Source of the DNA: Malacoraja senta
Taxonomy: Eukaryota
Reading direction: 5' to 3'
Length of the DNA stretch: 64,000 nucleotides
NCBI GenBank assembly: GCA_038087875.1
Contig: CM075992.1
Location: 10,914,001 to 10,978,000 of the forward strand
Shown: positions 47,990 to 61,095 of the stretch, one piece after another
Position numbering within the stretch: the first letter of the stretch is position 1
Layout of the letters: every line of letters begins with the position of its first letter
The notes under the pieces: generated by a model
Seen by the model: only the letters and a program-made list of their open reading frames with translations
What the model was told of the DNA's origin: nothing
The model's database searches: none
Made by a program: the position numbers and the translations under genes

Positions 47990-49880
47990 AGTTCATGTCA
48001 TAGGAACAGAATTAGGTCATTTGGCCCATCGAGTCCACTCCGCCATTCAATAATGGCTGATCTGTCTTTCTCTATCAACCCCATTATCTTGCCTTCTCTC
48101 CATAAGCTTTGATACCCTTACTAATCAAGAATCTGTCAACCTCTGCTTTAGAAATACCCAAATATTTGGCCACCAGAACCATCTGTGGCAATGAATTCAA
48201 TGGATTCACCACCCTCAGAAATTCTTCCTTGTCTCCTTTCTGAAATTACATTATTTTATTTTGAGGCTCTGTCCTCTGGTCCTAAACCTAGGTATGTTAC
48301 AAAACTTACCTTCAGTCGCGCTGTAATTCTGCCACTGGCCATGTGCGCGATTTTGGCGCCTTTAAGGGGGGGCTGGGTTAAAACGCGGGTTTCTCCTCCC
48401 TTGTCCTGGTTAATATTTTGTTGGAGTACAAGCGTTGGCTGATGAATCGTTCCTAGTGGTGATTTGTGTATTTTTTATTTTATTTTTATTAAATCGTCAA
48501 TGTCAACGTCAATTTTAAAATCAGCTCCTGAAGCGTCAACGCCGATAACGGGGACGGATTTCACACACGGGACAGGTAAACGAAAGTGGTTTCTTTAAAT
48601 TTATAAAAGTGCTTCTTAAGAAGCCTTTAATTCTCATTTTTTCATGCGACACGGTGATTTTATTCCCCGAATTAACGGCAGTATTTTTCATGCCAATACG
48701 GGGTTAAATTCACCGCAAATGAACGTTCCAAAAGATCGCGTTCCAGAAATCCTCACTCGCAAGATGAATTAAATGCCCATTAATTTACAGGTATTAAAGA
48801 TTCAATTCCTTCCATTTGGCCTGTAAATTCATGAAAATTAGATTTAAAAATTATGTTATATTGTGAATTATTGTGTGAATGTTAATTGGACACAGGCTAT
48901 TTAAAAATGTTAATCTATTCAAAGAAATTGATAGATGTTTAGATCTAGTAATTGAATTTTGTAATTAGCTACAATTAGGTAACTAACTAATTATATGCTT
49001 TACTTTCATGTCTTCGAAGTAAGATTGTTTCATATTTGTTTCAGAATGCTTCAATCTATAATAACTGAAACATTCTTTCAGTTATAATTTTTAAGAAAGC
49101 TATGGGCTTTTAACTATCCTCGATCACAGCTTTTGTGTTAAGTCAATGGAAAAGAAATAGGGAACTAGATGCTAATTTCGGAGTATGATAATGGCCATAA
49201 CTTTTTTAATACTGAAGATATGAAAGTGAATTAAGTGTCAAATTAAACTTCTTTTTATGCTTTATCTGATGGTATAAATTGCAGACTTTATTTTTAAAAT
49301 CTCAAAATTCTGTAACATTGCTACTAAACGCTATTGGAAGCATCCTTTCCACATTCACTCTATCCGGGCCTTTCATTATTTGGTAAGTTTCAATGAGGTC
49401 CCCCCTCATCTTAAACTCCAGCAAGTATAGACCTAGAGCCATCAAATGCTCATCGTAGTATGTCACCCCATCATCTGGGAGTATTCTCTTAAACCTTCTC
49501 TGAACCCTCTTCAATGCCACCATATCCTTCCTTATGTATGGGGCCCAAAACTGCTCACAACACTCCAAATGCGGTCTGACCTGTCCCTTACGAAGACTCT
49601 GCATTACATCACTGCTTTTATGTTCTGATCATCTCGAAATGAATGTAACGATTGTAATTGCCTTCCTTACTACCAATTCAACTTGCAAATTAACCTTTTG
49701 GGAATCCTGTACTGCACTTCCAAGTTTTTTTGCACCTCTGATTTCAGAATCGCCTCCCCATTTAGAATGTAGTCTGTGCCTTTATTCCTACTTTCAAAGT
49801 GTATGACTGCACATTTTGCTACACTGTATTACATCTGCCACTTCTTTGCTCACCCTCCCAACCTGTCCAAGCCCTTCATC
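47990..49880 (-). mobile_element. Degraded CR1 3' portion split by a MITE
   Basis: RPHLECCEQFWAP...MRGDLIETY; CR1 sequence on both sides of 48289-49323. Confidence 0.75.
48289..49323 (-). mobile_element. Second, inverted copy of the TAG...CTA 7-bp-TSD element
   Basis: Reverse complement of 38480-39520 along its length; flanks ctaaacc (48282-48288) / ctaaacg (49324-49330). Confidence 0.85.
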
Positions 49881-50929
49881 AAAATCATTTAGATATCAGT
49901 GATTTGCGTGAGAATGCATGAGGCATTATTGGTAAGTTTGCAAATGACAGTAAGTAAATAGTAAACAAAATGTATAAGAAGGAACTGCAGATGCTGGTTT
50001 AAACTAAAGATAGACACAAAAAGCTGGTGTAACTTAGCGGGACAGGCAACATCTCTGGAGAGGAATGGATGGCATTTCGGGTCGAGACCCTTCTTCAGAT
50101 GAAACTTCACCCATTCCTACTCTCCAGAGTTGCTGCCTGTCCCGCTGAGTTATTCCAGCTTTTTGTGTTTATCTTGAGTGGATAGTGAAGATGGTTAATA
50201 AAATTTACAGCAATTGTGCAAGTTGGCTGAAGATTGGCTAATGATGTTTAATGCAGATAAGTGCAAGGTGTTGCATTTTGGAAACTCAAACCAAGGCACG
50301 ACATTCAAGGTGAATGTTAGGGCATTGGGGAGTGTTGAAGAGCAGAGGGATTAAGGAGTACAGGTACATAAGTGGCATCGCTGGTAGGTAGGATGGAAAG
50401 GAATGCTTTGGTTACCCGCATTGGGATTATTGTGTTCCATTTTGGCCTCCCTGGTATAGAAGTTATGTTATTAAGCTGGAAACCATGCAGTGAGGACTTA
50501 TGATGGTGTTGCTGGGATTTCTGAGGCTGAATTATAGGCAGAAGTTGGGCAGGCTAGGATTTTATTCCGTGGAGCACTGGAGGGGTATGGTTGATCTTAT
50601 ACAGGTGTGTTACATCATGAGGATAATGCGCAGAGTCTTTACCCAGAGTAGACATCAAAAAACAAAGGTTTAAAGTGAGATGGGCAAGATGCAATACAAA
50701 CCTGAATGGCAACCTTTCACTCAGAGGTTGGTGGGTACAGGTTTGCACATTGGCGCGGCAGTAGAGTTGCTGTCTGTACAGAGTTTATACGTTCTCCCCG
50801 TGACAGTGTGGGTTTTCCCTGGGTGCTCCGGTTTCCTCACACACTCCAAAGATGTACAGGTTTGTAGGTGAATTGGCTTTGGTATAAATTGTAAATTATC
50901 CCTCGTGTGTAGTGTGTGCTAATCTAATG

Positions 50930-52720
50930 AGTCAAGTCAAGTCAAGTCAAGTGAGTTTATTGTCATGTGTCCCTGGTAGGACAATGAAATTCTTGCTTTG
51001 CTTGAGCACAACAGAACATAGTAGGCATTTACTACAAGGCATTATATAAATATATACACAATGGTCAATATACTGATAAAGTGCAAATAACAGTATTGGC
51101 TAGTAAAGTTCAGTGTTATGTCCGAGCCAGGTTTAATAGCCTGATGGCTATGGGGAAGTAGCTGTTCCTGAACCTGGTCATTGCAGTCTTCAGGCTCCTG
51201 TACCTTCTACCTGAAGGTAGTAGGGAGATGAGTTTGTGGCCAGGATGGTGTGGGTCCTTGATGATGCTGCCAGCCTTTTTGAGGCAGCGACTGTGGTAGA
51301 TCCCCTCGATGGAAGGGAGGTCAGAGCTGATGATGGACTGGGCAGTGTTTGCTACTTTTTGTAGTCTTTTCCTCTCCAGGGCACTCAAGTTGCCGAACCG
51401 AGCCACGATGCAACCGGTCAGCATGCTCTCTACTGTGCACCTGTAGAAGTTAGAGAGAGTCCTCCTTGACAAACCAACTCTCCGTCATCTTCTCAGGAAG
51501 TAGAGGCGCTGATGTGCTTTCTTAATAATGGCATCATTGTTCTCGGACCAGGAAAGATCTTCAGAGATGTGCACGCCCAGGAATTTGAAGCTCTTGACCC
51601 TTTCAACCATCGACCCGTTGATATAAACGGGACTGTGGGTCCCCATCCTACTCCTTCCAAAGTCCACAATCAGTTCCTTGGTTTTGCTGGTGTTGAGGGC
51701 CAGGTTGTTGTGCTGGCACCATATGGACAGTTGCTCGATCTCTCTTCTATACTCTGACTCATCCCCATCAGTGATACGTCCCACAACAGTGGTGTCATCA
51801 ACGAACTTGATGATGGAGTTCGCACTATGTCCGGCTACGCAGTCATGAGTATAGAGTGAGTACAGCAGGGGACTGAGCACGCAGCCTTGAGGTGCTCCCG
51901 TGCTAATTGTTATCGAGTCTGACACATTTCCACCAATACCAACAGACTGTGGTCTGAGAGTGACGAAGTCGAGGATCCAATTGCAGAGGGATGCGCAGAG
52001 ACCCAGTTCTGCGAGTTTGGTAACCAGCTTGGAGGGGATGATTGTGTTAAATGCCGAGCTGTAATCGATGAATAACAGCCTGACATATGAGTTTTTGTTG
52101 TCCAAGTGGTCCAGAGCGGATTGGATGGCCAGCGAGATCGCAGCCACCGTTGATCTGTTGTGGCGGTAAGCGAACTGCAGTGGGTCCAGATTTTTGTCGA
52201 GGTAGGAGTTGATCTGCGTCATGATCAACCTCTCAAAGCACTTCATCACCACAGGCGTTAGTGCCACAGGTCGATAGTCATTGAGGCACGTTACCTTACT
52301 CTTCTTGGGCACTGGTATAATTGATGCCCTTTTGAAGCAGGTGGGGACCTCAGACCTCAGAAGTGAGAGGTTGAAAATGTCTGTAAAAACTCCAGCCAGT
52401 TGGTCCGCACAGGTTTTTAGAACGCGACCAGGTATACCATCAGGTCCAGGCGCTTTTCGAGGGTTCACCCCTCTGAAGGATTTCCTGACGTCGGCCTCTG
52501 TTACTCAGACTGAAATACCATCACAGCGAATGGGGGCTCGGCAAGGCACATCGGTGTTCTCCCTATCAAAGCGTGCGTAAAACGCATTGAGCTCATCAGG
52601 GAGTGATGTTTCGCCGACATTCGAGCTGCCTCCTGATTTCGCCTTGTAAGAGGTGATTGCATTCAGGCCCTGCCACAGCCGCCGAACATCAGTCTCTTCC
52701 TCCAGTTTGGAGCAGAAGGA
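50930..52720 (-). mobile_element. Rex1/Babar LINE RT and 3' end
   Basis: [45 protein letters not shown]; (gactt)n tail at ~50930-50950. Confidence 0.92.
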
Positions 52721-52927
52721 TCATTGGTCGGTGCAATGAGGATCATTGGTCGGTGCAAACTCGGTGCGCCAAAGTAAACCTGTACTGTCTGACCTGTAAA
52801 AACAATCACAACATTACAATATTTAAAAATCGTTCGGACAGATGTACGGATCGGAATGGTTTAGAGAGCTATATGTCAAATGCAGGCCAATTGGTCTAAC
52901 CCAGCATGCTAACTTGATTGGCATGGA

Positions 52928-53400
52928 CAGGGCCAGCCTTAAGCCGATTGGACCGATTGCTCCCAATTGGGCCCCGCGCCTAAGGGGGCCCCCACGCTAA
53001 TTTTCCGTATTTCGTACAGAAATACGAATTTACGTTGTTAAATACAGATTTTATTTTTTTTAAACATTCGCCTTGTTAAATACGGATTTTTTTTAAACGA
53101 ACATGGATAAAAACTGCTGCACCGGCCATCAGACAAAAACATTTGTTAACTACCACTTGTTAACAGCCAGTCGGTAACACGTAGTTATGCAATGTGTCAT
53201 CAATGCATCGATCCACATTCCTCAGTAAATGTAATTGTGTTTTGACCAAGTATTAATGACGCCGTGTTCTTTTTTAATAAAATTCACGGGAGTCCCGTGA
53301 ATTTTATTCAAAGGAACGCGGCATCATTAATACTTGGTCAAAACACAATTACATTTACTGAGGATTGTAGATCGATGTATTGATGACACATTGAGATTTT
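52928..53400. mobile_element. hAT-like non-autonomous left end with internal palindrome
   Basis: cagggccagccttaag...gggcccc terminus; no partner TIR or TSD found. Confidence 0.45.
53190..53393. repeat. Near-perfect ~200-bp palindrome centred at 53292
   Basis: ...aataaaattcacggga g tcccgtgaattttatt...; arms pair out to caatgtgtcatc / gatgacacattg. Confidence 0.92.
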
Positions 53401-54409
53401 TTAAAAACTCACTGTCATGATTGAGGGCTCCGGACCGCGAGATTCTTGGTGTGCAGGTAAAGTCATTCACCTACCGACCCAAGTTGTGTCTCTCTGTGTT
53501 TCGCTCTTTCCCTCCCTCCCTCTCTTGCGCTCTCTCACTCGCTCCCCATCATGTCTCTCTCTCGTTCTCACTCCCTCTCTCACCCTGTCGCCTCGGCATT
53601 CCCTGAATCATTTGACTTTTTGCGGTGACGGCTGCATCTGCGGTTCCTTTCTGCTGGGGAGGGGTGGGGGAGAGAGTCCTAGCCCGTGGCGGCTCCTGGT
53701 CAGTTCCCTCTGCGGGTGCTGCCTTGCCCGCTGAGTTCCTCCAGCACTCTGTGTTTTTTGTTTGGCTCTGGAGTTGAAGGTGGACACAGCGGGACGGGCA
53801 GCGGCTCTGGGAAGAGGGTTGTGTTTCTGGTCGAGACACTTCTTCAGACAATCGCAAGTACTCTCACCGATGAGAGTTCAGTTCAGTCTGAAGAAGGGTC
53901 TTCTCTCCAGAGTCGCTGCGCTGCCTGTCCTGCTGAGTTACTCCCAGTTTATGTCTATCTTCAATTTCAGAGAAATAAAATTTCGCACGGTGGCTTATAG
54001 CGTCTACCTCTCCATCCTTCCCAACCTCAGCCTCACGGACCTTAGCGTACTCCTAGTTCCTAAAACCCATTTCCATCACTGTTCATGTTGCACTTATAAT
54101 GCAGAGACCGGGCTTGAAGTGATTATGTGATAATGGGTGCTATAGAAAGTGGCCCGATTCCATGGCAGATTTGTTTTCAGTCCCAGTGGCGGAAATCCCG
54201 GGGGGGTGGGGCAGGGGGGAACGTGTCCCCTCCGTGTTTTCAATGGTGGCGGACGGTCCTTCCCCCCCCCCCACCACATTACAAGCTTTGTAAGGTATGT
54301 CGGGGTTAATAAGTAGTCATTCGTTTCGAGTCGTTCGATTCGAGTCGTTCGTTCATCACTGCATTCCTTTGACTCACAAAAACGATGTGCTAACTGTCTA
54401 TGTGACTTA

Positions 54410-54820
54410 ACTGCTATCGATATCCACTCCTGCATCCTTAGTAATTATAATTGTGTCACATCGTTTTCGTGAGTCAGAAGAATGGAGTGTTAAATGCCTC
54501 GACGCATCTGAGTTTTAATGACTTCTCCCGTTAATTTATTCAAAGGAACTCAAAATACTTGAAGCAAGGTCAGTTCACGAAAACGATGTGTTAATGTCAC
54601 TGTTAATTGCTGCATCGAAATCCATTCATTATTCCTTATAATATAATTGTGTGAACTGACCTTGCTTTAAGTATGATGCGTTCTTTTGAATAAAAATAAC
54701 GGGAGACGTCATTAAAACTCAGATGCGTTGAGGCATTTAACACTCCATTCCTCTGACTCACGAAAACGATGTGACACAATTATAATTATTAAGGATGCAG
54801 GAATGGATATCGATAGCAGT
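54410..54820. repeat. Inverted repeat with ~170-bp arms and ~70-bp spacer
   Basis: 54410-54578 is the reverse complement of 54651-54820. Confidence 0.9.
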
Positions 54821-54878
54821 CAGATGCGGGCACAATTATCATTTGAACGTTGTAGGCTGATTTACGTAGAGAAGGAAT

Positions 54879-54914
54879 AGGCGACGTTTCGGGTCGAGAC
54901 CCTTCTTCAGACCC
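54879..54914 (-). ncRNA. Penelope-type minimal hammerhead ribozyme motif
   Basis: Minus strand: gggt CTGAAGA a gggtc tc gaccc GAAAC GTC gcct. Confidence 0.55.
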
Positions 54915-57819
54915 TTTGTGAACATCGAAATGTCTGACGGTCCAATGCGGAGATGTTTGAAGAGAAGGCATCCGGACACACTTCATCTCAAAAGGAGAGA
55001 CAAAGAACACTACATTCATTTTTCATGCGGGTACCACTTTCCAAAAGGTATATTTTAAGTGCTGATCAACTACCTATCTTTTCTCATTTCACTTTTTTAT
55101 ATTTTGTATGAATATTATTGCATGGAAGAAACTGCAGAAAATCTACCATTATGTGCTAGCAGCCCGTTCTTATTCAGTGATATCATGAAAGAATGTTACT
55201 TAATCATATACTTTACCCGGGACTTGCATTTATATCATTACAGATGGGCTAGTGAGGCTTGCGACATTCATCGGCTCTACAGTTTGCAATTAATGATAGG
55301 AAACCAACTTCATTCCAATGTACATTTTGGGGTCAAAGTTCCCTTCGGTGTTTTAAGTGCATTAGATAAACTTGTCATAAAAATAACATAAATCATATTT
55401 ACTAATTGAAACTTAACTTCTGGCAAATTTTCAATGATTTAACAATTTGAACTTTGTAATGTAACCAGCTTTTAAACACAAACTTTCCAGTTTTTACTTG
55501 TAACTGAAATATCGATGTTCGAAAGAAGTCGACCTATAGCTGACTAAATTTAAAATTGGCGAGAAAGCGCAACTATTATGTTCAGGTCTTCCAATGTATT
55601 TTTATTCGCCTCTGTAATAATTTGGGGGAAATAAAAATGTTGACATAACAATTTAAACAGACACAATCGTAAACTAACAATTCACACTTGTAAATATTGA
55701 TGCAAATGCGAGGACAGAACTTGTGGGCGGAAAGTTCCAATGGTGAACAAAGTGACACAAAGGAAAGTCTAAGTATGGTTTTACTAAATAACTTTATAAT
55801 AAGGCTTATTTGTGCAGCCCGTTTTGAAACAACTAGCGGATATCGGTTCCCACAATTCATCTTCCCCGTCTTAAAATATAAATCGTACTGAGGTGATTTG
55901 TTAACTATCGGCTCTCCCTATTATTGTGGAGCCAGCAACATATGGTAGAGCGGGGGTCGCTGATTTTTGAATCGCTCTCCTTTACTCAGGCAATGATGTG
56001 TGGACAAATTGAAGCACTCTTGGTTATTTTCATGCAACAAAATAACCCTCCAGAAAGCAGCTGAAGAAAACAACAACAAAAAAAGGCAGCAGATGTGAAA
56101 CATTTGGTCGTGTTCTTGTTTCGCTTGTGTAGAAATAATCAAGCTCCATCAACGGAAGAAAAGATAAGAAAAGTGGTCGTCTTTGGTGGGCTGCGTAATG
56201 AAGTTTGGAGCAAAACCGGGTTAAATCGATGCAACAAAGTGGGAGATCGAGATGTTAACACGCAACAAGTGACAGAATTAAACAAAACTGGACAAAAACT
56301 AACTGAACCAGAAACGATCGGGTTGAGGAAAACAGTTTGGCCCCGTTTTCTTAGCTCGCGTTGGGACAAATGGACGAGAATTAATAGCAGTGAAAAGCTG
56401 GTCGCTGACTTTTCCAGTGGTCAGCATTTAACCTCTTTGCAGGTTCTCAGCCATTTAATATTGATCTTTAGGTGACACACTATTCCTCAAACGTTGTCTT
56501 GGGGACTTCTGTTCTCCCGACTAGTGTTGCTAAAGCCCCTGTCCCACTTGGGCGACCTAATCCGCGTGTCCAGAAGAGTGCCTTCGACCTTCAACTCGAG
56601 GGCACTCGCCTGGAAAGCCTCGAGCTGGATCGACCGGCCGCGTTGAAACCGCGAGCTGCATCTACAGACCGCACACACACACAAACACATCGCGAAGGTG
56701 GGGGCCAGGGAAAGCGGAGGAGCGCTGTCTGCACGATGAAGATGAAGGTAAATGGCTGCCACAGAGTGCGGTAAGTCCTTTAGAGAGCGCGGGGGGGAGA
56801 GAGAAGTGGGAGAGAAGGTAACGGCCCCGTAGTAGAAACATCCACGTCGCGGGCTGGAAACTGGAAGAATCCCGAGTTAATTTCCGTTCACAGGGTGTAC
56901 GGCTGAAGCTTCCGATGCCTCGGGTGTGTGTGTGAGTGTGCGCATGCCATCAAGGCAAGAAATTGTGTCCCCCGGTCCCCTCCATGTCTTGACAGCGATT
57001 TCCGTCACTCGTTTTCACAGCAGCCTGAAGCACTTCAGCCTCTTAGCTGTGACCAGCTGTTTCAAGTTTTGTACTGCTGTTGGTCTGAAACCAGCTCTTT
57101 ATCTTTTTGTTTCATGGTGCCTGCTGCTTTGGTGGCAGGCACACCATCATGTTTACATTGCCAGTTAACCACTGATTGATTTTCAAGTGGTCAGTGCAAA
57201 GACTGCCTTCTTAAACACTGGTATCGTTGCCAAAAGTGACTTGCTGCGTGAAAATGGGCAGTTGTAAAAATAAACCCCAGTGTCCTCTGAGCTACGTGTT
57301 ACTGTATTCTTCAATATTCTTGCTAATTGTCGTAGCTGAAACTAATGGATGGCCCCATGCTGCGCTGCCTGTCCTGCTGAGTTACTCCCGCTTAGCATGT
57401 GCTAGAACATAGTATTAAATCACAAGCGACTGCAGATGCTGCAGATCTTGAGCAAAAAAAACAAACTGCGGGAGGAATATTGAGTCACACCATTTAGTGA
57501 AACCACCTATCAAAGGGATGCTCTTTGGAGGTGAATAGTCACTTCCTGACTAACTGCTGACTATTTTTAACTTGGCGCAGAGTGCAATGGTTACCCGTTT
57601 TCTATTACACAAATGCTTGAGTGAAGAGTCGAGTCAAGAATGTATGTCATGTGTACCCACAACAGAACAATGAAATTCTTATTTGCAGCAGCATAACAGG
57701 CGTGTAAACGCAATACTCATAGATTTTATGAGAAACGACTAAATTCAATGACTTAATAACCCTAATACTCGTGCAAAAAAGCCCAGGGTGCCACATCAAA
57801 TCTTATCAATCACTTGCTA

Positions 57820-58980
57820 AAGCAGGTTTTAAGAAGGCCATACCTGGGGCGAGGACTGTCTGGACGAACAGTGGACATGCTCACTGCAGCCTGGAGAAAA
57901 AGTATTCAAAAGCAGTGTATTACATGTAAAAAAAATGGGAGCAATAATGTGTACAAAATAATATTGACTATAGTACTGTAGGTATTGTGGATGTTTTAGA
58001 GTTCCTGTCGACACTCTACTATGATGAGGGGCTCAGTTATAGCGCCATTAATACAGCTTTAAGTGCTTTGTCCTCGTATATTTTGATGGGGTCAGGAAAA
58101 GATCCTATTGGTTTTTCATCCTCTCATAGCTCGATCGATGAAAGGAATTTCAACTCTAAACCTCCTAAACCCAGGTATATGGCGATCTGGGATGTTAGTA
58201 TGGTCCTCAAGATGCTTCGACAGTGGGTTCCTGTCACGGCTCTGAATTGGCCAAACTCACCATGAAGGTGGTCATGCTCATGGCATTGGTTCAGCATAGC
58301 GAGTGCAGATTTTGCAAAAGCTTCGGCTAGACAGGATGGAAGTGGCTGAAGAGAATGTTATGTTATATATTTACAACCTGCTCAAACAGCACAGGCCAGG
58401 TGTCACAGGTTTTAAAATTGTGTTTTCAGCATAACCTGCTGATCCATGTTTATGTGTAAGGACACATTTATTACATTATATTGAAGCCACAAGGACTTTA
58501 AGAAATGTGGAAACAGGATTCTTTATCAGTTGCAAGAAACCACACAAGAGAGTGTCAGTACAGACTATCTCAAGGTGGTTAAAGCAAGTGTTGATTCAGG
58601 CAGGTATTAAAACTGACGTGTATACATCTCATTCCACTAGTGCAGCAGCAATGTCGGAGGCCAGGGCGATCGATGTTCCCATCGACCATATTCTTACAGG
58701 CGCCGGGTGGTCAAATGAATTGGTTTTTCAAGACATTTACCATCGGCCGATTGCCAATCGGGGGCTGTTTGCAAATTCAGTATTAAGTTCTGTTTAAGTT
58801 TCCCCTAGGATAGAGGGGTTACTGTTTGTTTGATTATTCAAATCAATTGTTACTGCATGATATTCAAATTTCATGTTTAACGCATTATTTATTGTTTCTC
58901 ATCCGAAGTCAATCAATGCAGTGAGAAGCCGGGATTTGAATCTGCGGCATAAAATCACAGAGCTTTGAACTCTTCACAGA
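57820..58980 (+). pseudogene. DIRS-type tyrosine-recombinase remnant
   Basis: VLEFLSTLYYDEGLSYSAINTALSALSS, PPKPRYMAIWDV, KPHKRVSVQTISRWLK..AGI..SHSTSAA..AGWS..F...YHRP; frameshifts; the HxxR Arg is lost. Confidence 0.85.
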
Positions 58981-59443
58981 TTCCAGCACTTCACCCGTGT
59001 CCAATGATTCCATAAATATTTCTGCAAGGGCCTCTGATCATTTCTTCCCTTGATTCTCATAACGCCGAAGGATTCACTTCGTCAGGCCCTGGGGATTGAT
59101 CCTCAATGAACTTTAAACCTACTAATACCTCTTCTGTGGGATTCATATATGATCTAAAGGGCCTGTCCCAGTTGGTTGTCATTTACGCGACAGGCCGGTA
59201 GTGACTGTCGCACGCGTCATCACGCGTCTTCATGCGTCAGCACAGCCGTCTGGAGCACGTGACGTCATTTGAATACCCAGTTGATGATATTTACCCAGTT
59301 TATGATATTTATGGTGATTTTCTAAAATGTTCCAGTTTCTTGAGTGGTGCTAGCAATTGGAAAACTGCAGATGTAATGCACCTATTAAAAAAAAAAAGAG
59401 GTGAATGAAAAGTAGCAAGCTGCAGACCAAATTAATCTGTAGG

Positions 59444-59655
59444 AAGGAACTGCAGAAGCTGGTTTAAATTGAAGATAGACACAAAATGCAGGAGTAACTC
59501 GGCGGGACAGGCAGCATCTTTGGAGAGAAGGAATGGATGATATTTCGGGTTGAGACTCTTCAGTCTGAAGAAGGGTCTTGACCTGAAACGTCACCCCTTG
59601 ATTCTCTCCAGAGATGCTGCCGGTCCCGCTGAGTTACTCCAGCATTTTGTATCAC
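59444..59655. mobile_element. Fold-back pair of Penelope terminal sequences with hammerhead cores (similar at ~49975-50175)
   Basis: Arms are reverse complements about cttcagtctgaag; plus-strand core ctgaagaagggtcttgacctgaaacgtc at 59565-59592. Confidence 0.65.
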
Positions 59656-59894
59656 TTATCTGGTTTGCTCTTCCATTTCTACCAACTGCACCCCTTCTCA
59701 TGTCATTCGTTCATCCAGCTGTAGGAAATGCAATATTTGTCTTTTTAACCTCTTCCTTACCCACAATCCAGGGACCCAAGCAGTCGTTGTTAGTGAAGCA
59801 TCAATTCACTTTTGCACTTTCTGGTTTAATGTATTTTAGTGTTCACCACATAGTGTATTTTAGTGTTCACCACATAACACATTTTAGTGTTCAC

Positions 59895-61095
59895 CAGCAC
59901 CCCACTATGCAACTGGTTACTGGACTTCCTCACCGACAGACCACAGACAGTAAGAGTTGGCAAAAACTCATCAGAGACCACCATCATGAAAACCGGGGTC
60001 CCACAGGGATGTGTGCTGAGCCGTCTGTTGTTCACGCTGATGACACATGATTGTTATGCCAAACACAATTCGAACCACATCATCAAGTTCGCAGATGACA
60101 CAACAGTGGTGGGCCTCATCAGCCACCATGACGACTCAGCCAACAGAGAGGAGGTACAACAACTCATCAACTGGTGTGACATCAATAACCTTCAACTCAA
60201 TGTCAATAAAACAAAAGAAATAACTGTGGACTTCAGGAAGAAACAGACAGCACACACCCCACTCACCATAAATGGCAGTGCAGTGGAGTCTGTGAAAAGC
60301 ACCAAGTTCCTGGGAGTGCACATCACAGATGATCAGACATGGTCCACCAACACCATCTCCCTAGTCAAGAAAGCACAGCAATGCCTCCACTTCCTTCGAC
60401 GGATGAGGAGAGCCGACCTCCCCCCCTTCTGCCCTCACCACTTTTTACAGGGGTGCCATTGAGAGCATTCTTACCAGCAGTCTCTCAGTCTGGTATGGCA
60501 GTTGCTCTGCTGCTGACCAGAAGGCCCTACAGAGAGTGGTGAGGACAGCGGAGAAGATCACTAGATCACCCCGACCAGCAATCCAGGACTTATACCCATC
60601 TCGCTGTCGCAAGAGAGCAACCAATATCATCAAAGACACCACCCACCCAGCACACAAACTGTTCACCCTCCTACCATCTGGCAAACGCTACCGCAGCATG
60701 CGGAGCAAAACCACCAGATTCAAAAACAGCTTTTTCCCTCAGGCCATCAGACTACTCAACACACTCAAGAGAATTCCATGAACATTACACAAACAAAGAC
60801 CAACTGACTGTCAAATTAACTTTAACTCAATGTCTGCAGTATGCTATTTGCACTTTTCTATATTGCATCTTTTATTATTGCACCTTAATAACATACCTCA
60901 AAATTTTACTACACTCTGGCACACTGTGAATATTTTATATAATGTATATGTCCATTGTCTATCTTTATTGGTATATTGTCTGTCTGTGTTATAAATATTA
61001 CTTGCACATTGGAGTATGGGGAAACGTAATTTCAATCCTCTGTGTAACTACTTGTTGCATTATTTGAATTGACAATAAATTTTACTTTTACTTTT
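59895..61095 (+). mobile_element. Rex1/Babar LINE 3' portion
   Basis: [47 protein letters not shown] + (tttact)n tail. Confidence 0.92.

Noticed and set aside
38480..49323. The two inverted 1-kb repeats as giant TIRs of one 10.8-kb composite transposon
   Set aside because: Each copy has its own TIRs and its own different 7-bp TSD, so they are independent insertions.
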